Assembly: GCA_016204145.1 (NCBI GenBank)
Contig: JACQLK010000016.1
Location: 9,181-73,180 of the forward strand
Length of the DNA: 64,000 nt
Reading direction: 5' to 3'
From: Candidatus Pacearchaeota archaeon
GTDB taxonomy: Archaea > Nanobdellota > Nanobdellia > Pacearchaeales > GW2011-AR1
This document shows positions 59,046 through 64,000 of this stretch, piece by piece. The position numbers were made by a program, and so were the translations under genes. The notes below the pieces were generated by a model. The model ran no database searches and was not told where the DNA came from. It saw only the letters and a program-made list of their open reading frames with translations. How positions within the stretch are numbered: the stretch's first letter is position 1; each line of letters begins with the position of its first letter.

Positions 59046-59585
59046 ATGGCAAAAATAGCTTTTATCGGAACTCATGGGACGGGAAAAACAACTTTGGTCA
59101 ATGAGATTGTCTTTAATCTGAAAAAAAGAGGCGTTAACGCCCTTGCTTTTGAAGAAATCGCAAGAAGTTGCCCGTTGCCAATTAATGAAAATGCAGTAAG
59201 AGAAACACAATTGTGGATTATTGCAAGACAAATCTCGACGGAAATTGAAAAAGAAAGGAATTATGAATTGGTTGTCTGCGACAGAAGTATCTTGGACACA
59301 TATTGCTACCATGAATATTTCTTCGGGAGAGAAAAGAGCTGGGAACTGTTAATCCAGTCTTATATGAAAAGTTATGATAAGCTAATTTTTGTTCCAATAA
59401 AAAATGGTTTTTTGAATGAAGATGGTGTCAGATCAACAAATAAAAATTTCCAAACAAGGATAGATAAGATAATAAAAGGGAGATTATCTGGTTTTGGACT
59501 GGAATATGATTTATTGGAAAATTCAACTATCCAAAATATTTGTAATGCTTATGCAAATAAAATAAATTTGGCCCGTAAAAAATAA
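59046..59585 (+). CDS. AAA_28-like P-loop NTPase/kinase
   Basis: GTHGTGKTT, EIAR, DRSILD..Y, DGVR. Confidence 0.82.
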   Translation: MAKIAFIGTHGTGKTTLVNEIVFNLKKRGVNALAFEEIARSCPLPINENAVRETQLWIIARQISTEIEKERNYELVVCDRSILDTYCYHEYFFGREKSWELLIQSYMKSYDKLIFVPIKNGFLNEDGVRSTNKNFQTRIDKIIKGRLSGFGLEYDLLENSTIQNICNAYANKINLARKK

Positions 59586-59602
59586 ATAAGTAAAAGCAGA
59601 AA

Positions 59603-60217
59603 ATGCCAGACGAACAATTCAAGCGAAACATTGCATTCAAGATGAGAATCGGCGAGATATTAGTCGGAAAACCGATAATGGACGGAGAGCGATTTGGAAA
59701 TCTGGAAATCAACGGAAACAAAATCGTGAGAGTGAACGTCGTCGGAAGCATCGTTGACAAATATGAAAGCAGCGGAGAGAAAAAATACGTCTTCCTTACG
59801 CTTGACGACGGCTCGGGACAGATAAAATTAAAGTCCTTCGGAGACGATGCGCAAAAATCCTTAGAAATTCAGCAAGGAGAAACCGTCGCTGTCATCGGCT
59901 TGCTGAGATTTTTCAACAACGAAATTTACATTTCTCCCGAAATAATAAAAGAACAGGATCCAAAATATCTTCTTGTAAGAAAACTTGAACTTGACAATGC
60001 GCCGAAAATCCAGAATAATATTCAAACTCTGATTTCGCAAAGGGAAAAAATAATAGAATTGATAAAAAATTCCGAAAGCCAAGGCGGCATCGACATTGAA
60101 AAAATAAATTCCGTTTCCGGAATTTCCGCGGAAAATGCCGCGGCGGAAATTCAAAAACTTCTCGAAGAAGGCGTGATTTTCGAGCCGCGCCCGGGAAAAG
60201 TGAGATGGTTGGGGTGA
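59603..60217 (+). CDS. RPA32-like OB-fold plus winged-helix protein
   Basis: RVNVVG, LDDGSG.I, C-terminal EG.IFEPRPG. Confidence 0.85.
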   Translation: MPDEQFKRNIAFKMRIGEILVGKPIMDGERFGNLEINGNKIVRVNVVGSIVDKYESSGEKKYVFLTLDDGSGQIKLKSFGDDAQKSLEIQQGETVAVIGLLRFFNNEIYISPEIIKEQDPKYLLVRKLELDNAPKIQNNIQTLISQREKIIELIKNSESQGGIDIEKINSVSGISAENAAAEIQKLLEEGVIFEPRPGKVRWLG

Positions 60218-60883
60218 TTAATGTTTAACCCAGAATCCGAATGTAGCAACATTATTTCTCCACCAAGCAACTATCATTAAAAATCCGCCAATTATAAATG
60301 CTAATCCAAATAACCAACTCCAAGCCATTCCTTCTGACCAATAAGTTCCAAAAATAATCTCCGAAAATCTAAAAAACAATATCCCTAAAAACATTAAAAG
60401 TATCCCAGTTAAAATCTGTGAGGGATGCTTTATCCCAAATTCTATTCTTTTAATAATTTTTATTATAATTGCAATCCCAAGTCCAATAAAAATAAATCCG
60501 GCAAATGAGTTCACGGGAATAAGTGATTCCTGAAATCTTATTTCAATTAAATTCCATAAGAATTCAAAAAACCAAATGGAAAATCCGTAAGTTAATGTCC
60601 AAAAGAGAAATACATTTGAACCAATGTAAACTCTCTTCTTCCTTATCAAATCATGGATTATTCTCGAAAGTATTGAAAAAAGGAAACCAATTAACAAGAT
60701 ATAAATTATTTTAATTTTAAAAAAGTCATATCTACCAAACATCTCGGTTAATAAAAAATTAAGAAGTATATATAAACCCGTATAGATTAATACCCAGATA
60801 ATAAACCATTTAGTATAGAAAACAAAATTTTTCCTCTCCCAAAATCCCTCTTTATGTTTATGATGATTAGCCAATTTTATCAT
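60218..60883 (-). CDS. Multi-pass membrane protein
   Basis: About six TM; ATGA overlap with the upstream gene; AT-rich. Confidence 0.65.
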   Translation of the reverse strand: MIKLANHHKHKEGFWERKNFVFYTKWFIIWVLIYTGLYILLNFLLTEMFGRYDFFKIKIIYILLIGFLFSILSRIIHDLIRKKRVYIGSNVFLFWTLTYGFSIWFFEFLWNLIEIRFQESLIPVNSFAGFIFIGLGIAIIIKIIKRIEFGIKHPSQILTGILLMFLGILFFRFSEIIFGTYWSEGMAWSWLFGLAFIIGGFLMIVAWWRNNVATFGFWVKH

Positions 60884-61431
60884 CTCCTCTTCCAAATATT
60901 CCAATTGTTTTTGTTGAACCAGTAAGCGACGGAAATCAATGCGACCAATCCCGCCAAAGAAATTGCAAACTTCAACCAATCGTCGGTGAACCTCCAATAA
61001 ATTCCTGTTCCGTAAACCATCAGTCCGGCGCCGCCAACCATCAGTCCGGCGCCAACGACTTCAAGGCCGAAGATAATCGCGCCCGCAAAAATAATTGCAA
61101 TTCCTATCGGAAGCGCGGTAAGAAAAATCTTTTTAAAATATTTTTCCTCTGCGTTTTCAAAATCCTTTTGACAAGGCGTGTAATCATATTGGCAATATCC
61201 CCCGCCGATTGGAACCGGCTTTACCTCTCCTCTTGCATCCGCGACAAGCTGCGTGTTATTCGTCCAAGTTCCGCCTTCGCTCGCGCAAACAGAAGCGTTG
61301 ATTAAATTCTCGGGACAATAGTCGCCGTATTTCGGGCTTTCGCCGTAAAGCGTGGAAATTCCGTAAACCCCGACAAAAATAGTCAAAAGAAAAATCGCAA
61401 CGCCAAAAATTATATTTTTGAAATTTATCAT
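60880..61431 (-). CDS. Membrane protein with extracellular Cys loop
   Basis: TM, C...C..EGG.W...GGYC.....C, three TM. Confidence 0.7.
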   Translation of the reverse strand: MINFKNIIFGVAIFLLTIFVGVYGISTLYGESPKYGDYCPENLINASVCASEGGTWTNNTQLVADARGEVKPVPIGGGYCQYDYTPCQKDFENAEEKYFKKIFLTALPIGIAIIFAGAIIFGLEVVGAGLMVGGAGLMVYGTGIYWRFTDDWLKFAISLAGLVALISVAYWFNKNNWNIWKRR

Positions 61432-61460
61432 CTTCTGATAAAAGAAAAAATGTTTATAAA

Positions 61461-61886
61461 TTATTCCTCGTATTCTTTTTTAACCGTGAATTCGCCAAAG
61501 CCGGCTTCTTCGTATGCTTGTGCTAATCTTAACGCGTCATTTAAATATTTTGGAATTTTTACAAATATTCTGGAATCATCACAATAGACCTGAAAAGAAG
61601 ATCCAGGAAGATTTTTAAAATCAAATCTATGTGTATAGATGGATATCCACCCAAGACTAGAAGACCCTATTCTCCTCCAGCCCCCATCACGTGATTCCCA
61701 TTCAGGACTCCAAGAAGTACACCCTGAGCCGTCCATATCAGTATAGACTCTAGACCCAAACATATTCCTTGTAATTTTTACAATTCTTTTTTGTTTTTCA
61801 CCATTTTTTCTTCGTTCTTCCTGCCATTTTTCATAATCTCTTCTTTCTTTTATCTCTTCTTGCGTCAATCCTTCAAGCTTAACCAT
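61461..61886 (-). CDS. Hypothetical protein
   Basis: ORF divergent from aIF2-beta; start placed about 21 nt from ATTTATAAAT (61907-61916). Confidence 0.55.
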   Translation of the reverse strand: MVKLEGLTQEEIKERRDYEKWQEERRKNGEKQKRIVKITRNMFGSRVYTDMDGSGCTSWSPEWESRDGGWRRIGSSSLGWISIYTHRFDFKNLPGSSFQVYCDDSRIFVKIPKYLNDALRLAQAYEEAGFGEFTVKKEYEE

Positions 61887-61937
61887 CATCAAATTTCCTA
61901 AAATACATTTATAAATCCTTTTATTCAAAATTATTTC

Positions 61938-62351
61938 ATGGAATCATACGAAGAAATGCTCAACGAAGCATTTGAAAAAGTAAAGCGTCCGGAAAATTCC
62001 AACGGAGAAAGGTCTGAAATCCCGAAGATAGAAGGGCATATAGAAGGGAAAAAAACAATTCTGACAAACTTTTTTCAAATCGCGGAGCATTTGAGAAGAA
62101 ACCCAGAGCATTTCCAAAAATTTATTTTAAGGGAATTGGCGGCGTCGGGGCAAAAAGAAGGAGACCGGCTGGTTTTGAATATGAAAGTGCCGAGCGAAAA
62201 GATAAATCAAAAAATAGAGCAATACGCGAAAGAATTCGTCATTTGCAGGGAATGCGGAAAGCCCGACACCGAATTGATAAAACAAGACCGGCTTTTGTTT
62301 ATGCATTGTCTTGCGTGCGGCGCGAAACATTCTGTCAGAAGCAAAATATAA
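61938..62351 (+). CDS. eif2b: Translation initiation factor aIF2 beta
   Basis: G.KTILTNF, L.RNP.H, FVICRECGKPDT, CLACGA. Confidence 0.95.
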   Translation: MESYEEMLNEAFEKVKRPENSNGERSEIPKIEGHIEGKKTILTNFFQIAEHLRRNPEHFQKFILRELAASGQKEGDRLVLNMKVPSEKINQKIEQYAKEFVICRECGKPDTELIKQDRLLFMHCLACGAKHSVRSKI

Positions 62352-62599
62352 AATTATTTATTAAAATTTCGCGCTGCCGATTGCAATATTAATTGCTCTT
62401 GCAAAATGAAAAGTATTGGTTGAAATATTGCATTTAAATTCCTGCCAAGTTGCATAAAACAAGTTAATGAAAAAATCCAAAGCCGCTCCGCTAATGCTCG
62501 CTTGTGGAAAAGATATTAATCCAAAATTTATCACCCCATCATCCCGTATAAATCGTCGGTAGTTCTTATTGAATCAACTCTTTCCTTCAGCGAAAATTC

Positions 62600-62655
62600 T
62601 GCCGGAGGCAAATTTCGGGGGGCGGGCGGGATGAACAAAAAATGCCCCGAATTGC
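62600..62655 (+). repeat. Dispersed G-tract module
   Basis: ggggggcgggcgggatgaacaaaa; matches the reverse complement of 52693-52712. Confidence 0.6.
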
Positions 62656-62708
62656 TTTTTAAAAATTCTAAATTTCATTTCCGTGCCGTTTAAATTCTTT
62701 CTTGAAAT

Positions 62709-63722
62709 TTAAATTTCGTTTTTACGGCGATTCCTCCCGAAAAATTTGAAAAATGAAAACGCAATTGCCGAAACCGCCAGCAAAACGACGAGAAAGACGG
62801 AATACAATTGGAAATAAACAGGGAACGCGCTTTCAACGACTTGGAAGCTGTCTCCGCCGATTGCCGTTTTGTTTTCGTCGTAATCAATCTGCGCGAAAAA
62901 TCTGTAAGAGCCGTATTCCATCCCTCTTGGCAATTGCATTTTGACGTTGAATTTTATTTTTTCCGTCACCGCGCGCGTTTCTCTCGCCTCTGCAACCAAA
63001 TTGTTATTTTTGTCAACAATCCAATATCTTAAAAAGACGTCAAGCTGTTTTTTGTCTCCGACATTTATCAAAGTCAGTTCCGCGGTCAGGGAACCTTGCG
63101 GAGAAATGAATTTTTTTGAAAGAGGAATATTAACAAGAAGGTCAAACAAAGGTCCCGTCGGTTTTTGATAAGCGCATTCCCTTTTTGTATCCGGCATTCC
63201 CGAGTCCCCGACGCAAGTTCCCCTGTTTACGCAAAGCCGTTTTTGAATTCCGCTGTCAGGGCACGGCTCCGGATACCATTCCGTGCAAACCCAGTCGTTC
63301 GTGCATTGTTCAATTATAACTCCTGTGCCGGTGCTTCCGCCGCCGCTGGAAGAAGTAGTCACAGTTGTCGTAGTCGTCTCCGTTGTCGTTGTTGTTTCTG
63401 TTGCAGGAGGTTGTCCCGGGACTGCTTGAAAATTCTCGTTGCCCGCTTCTGATGCCGCTTGTTGAAATCCCGACGATGACGAAGAGCTGAAACTTGAGCT
63501 GCTTGCGGTTCCTCCCGCCAATCCACTTCCAGCGGACTCGACATTGTAATCATTTGAAGAAAGCGTGAAAAAAGAAGTCAATTTGAAAACCTGAATAAAT
63601 GAAACAAAAATCGCGATAAATAAAACCGCTCCCGCAAAAAGATATATTTTTTTTATTTCTGATGAATGAGGATAAACCGAAATGTGGCGTCTTAATCTTT
63701 TTCTTTTGAAAATATTTCTCAT
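62709..63722 (-). CDS. Membrane-anchored surface protein with Ser/Thr linker and Cys/Trp repeat
   Basis: TM, poly-T/S, CTNDWVCTEWYPEPCP...QKRLC, Ig-like domain, C-terminal TM. Confidence 0.72.
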   Translation of the reverse strand: MRNIFKRKRLRRHISVYPHSSEIKKIYLFAGAVLFIAIFVSFIQVFKLTSFFTLSSNDYNVESAGSGLAGGTASSSSFSSSSSSGFQQAASEAGNENFQAVPGQPPATETTTTTETTTTTVTTSSSGGGSTGTGVIIEQCTNDWVCTEWYPEPCPDSGIQKRLCVNRGTCVGDSGMPDTKRECAYQKPTGPLFDLLVNIPLSKKFISPQGSLTAELTLINVGDKKQLDVFLRYWIVDKNNNLVAEARETRAVTEKIKFNVKMQLPRGMEYGSYRFFAQIDYDENKTAIGGDSFQVVESAFPVYFQLYSVFLVVLLAVSAIAFSFFKFFGRNRRKNEI

Positions 63723-63807
63723 TTTAATATTTCTCCTCCAACAAGAAAATATAAACAAAGGAATATTTAAAATCTTTCAAGGCAAATTTGATGCGCGGAA
63801 ATTGCAA

Positions 63808-63999
63808 TTATTGCGTCGTTGTGACTTTGTTGAACTGAAGCGCGGAAACCGCATTGGTTGCTGTATTTGAAATAACTGCCGTTGCCGTAGTGGCGGTTTC
63901 CGTAACAGCCATTGAAAGAGTATATGTTGTTGGAACCGAATCATTATTTGGCGGAACCGCATGCAAATCCGGAACAAGATATCCCGTGAAGTTCTCGGG
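63808..63999 (-). CDS. C-terminus of a Thr-rich, probably surface, protein (runs off the window end)
   Basis: Open frame ...PENFTGYLVPDLHAVPPNNDSVPTTYTLSMAVTETATTATAVISNTATNAVSALQFNKVTTTQ*. Confidence 0.5.
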   Translation of the reverse strand, partial: PENFTGYLVPDLHAVPPNNDSVPTTYTLSMAVTETATTATAVISNTATNAVSALQFNKVTTTQ

Positions 64000-64000
64000 T

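Noticed and set aside
1788..62655. CRISPR array, integron attC sites or ORB origin boxes as the explanation for the dispersed repeats
   Set aside because: No regular repeat-spacer period or cas genes; no paired RYYYAAC/GTTRRRY arms or integrase; no TCCA-N-TGGAAAC ORB core or cdc6

Overview
A 64-kb, AT-rich, gene-dense archaeal chromosome segment. The gene set (RadB, Rpo11, aRF1, TBP, eL15/eL42/eS1, Bud32, SRP54/FtsY, GINS-MCM-RPA, aIF2-beta, FtsZ, MinD) and the many orphans between core genes suggest a DPANN archaeon (Pacearchaeota/Woesearchaeota-like; inference). Four tRNAs are present: Gly-CCC with a 99-nt intron, Ile-GAT, Thr-TGT and Val-GAC. Accessory content includes a type IIG-like restriction-modification gene with an in-frame TGA and a DUF5678-like/aspartic-protease pair, both between metG and a stand-alone tRNA-binding domain gene; a decaying IS200-like element in a truncated msrB; and a ~3-kb block bounded by a direct repeat. 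The strongest unexplained signals are non-coding: (1) a modular, hairpin- and G-tract-rich dispersed repeat family in about ten intergenic gaps, mostly on the + strand, with one copy apparently inserted in frame in mnmA; (2) structured 5' leaders of ribosomal protein genes, two of which end in the same TGTCTCGCA(A)TGGC stem at the start codon. All calls come from motif recognition by eye; no searches were run.
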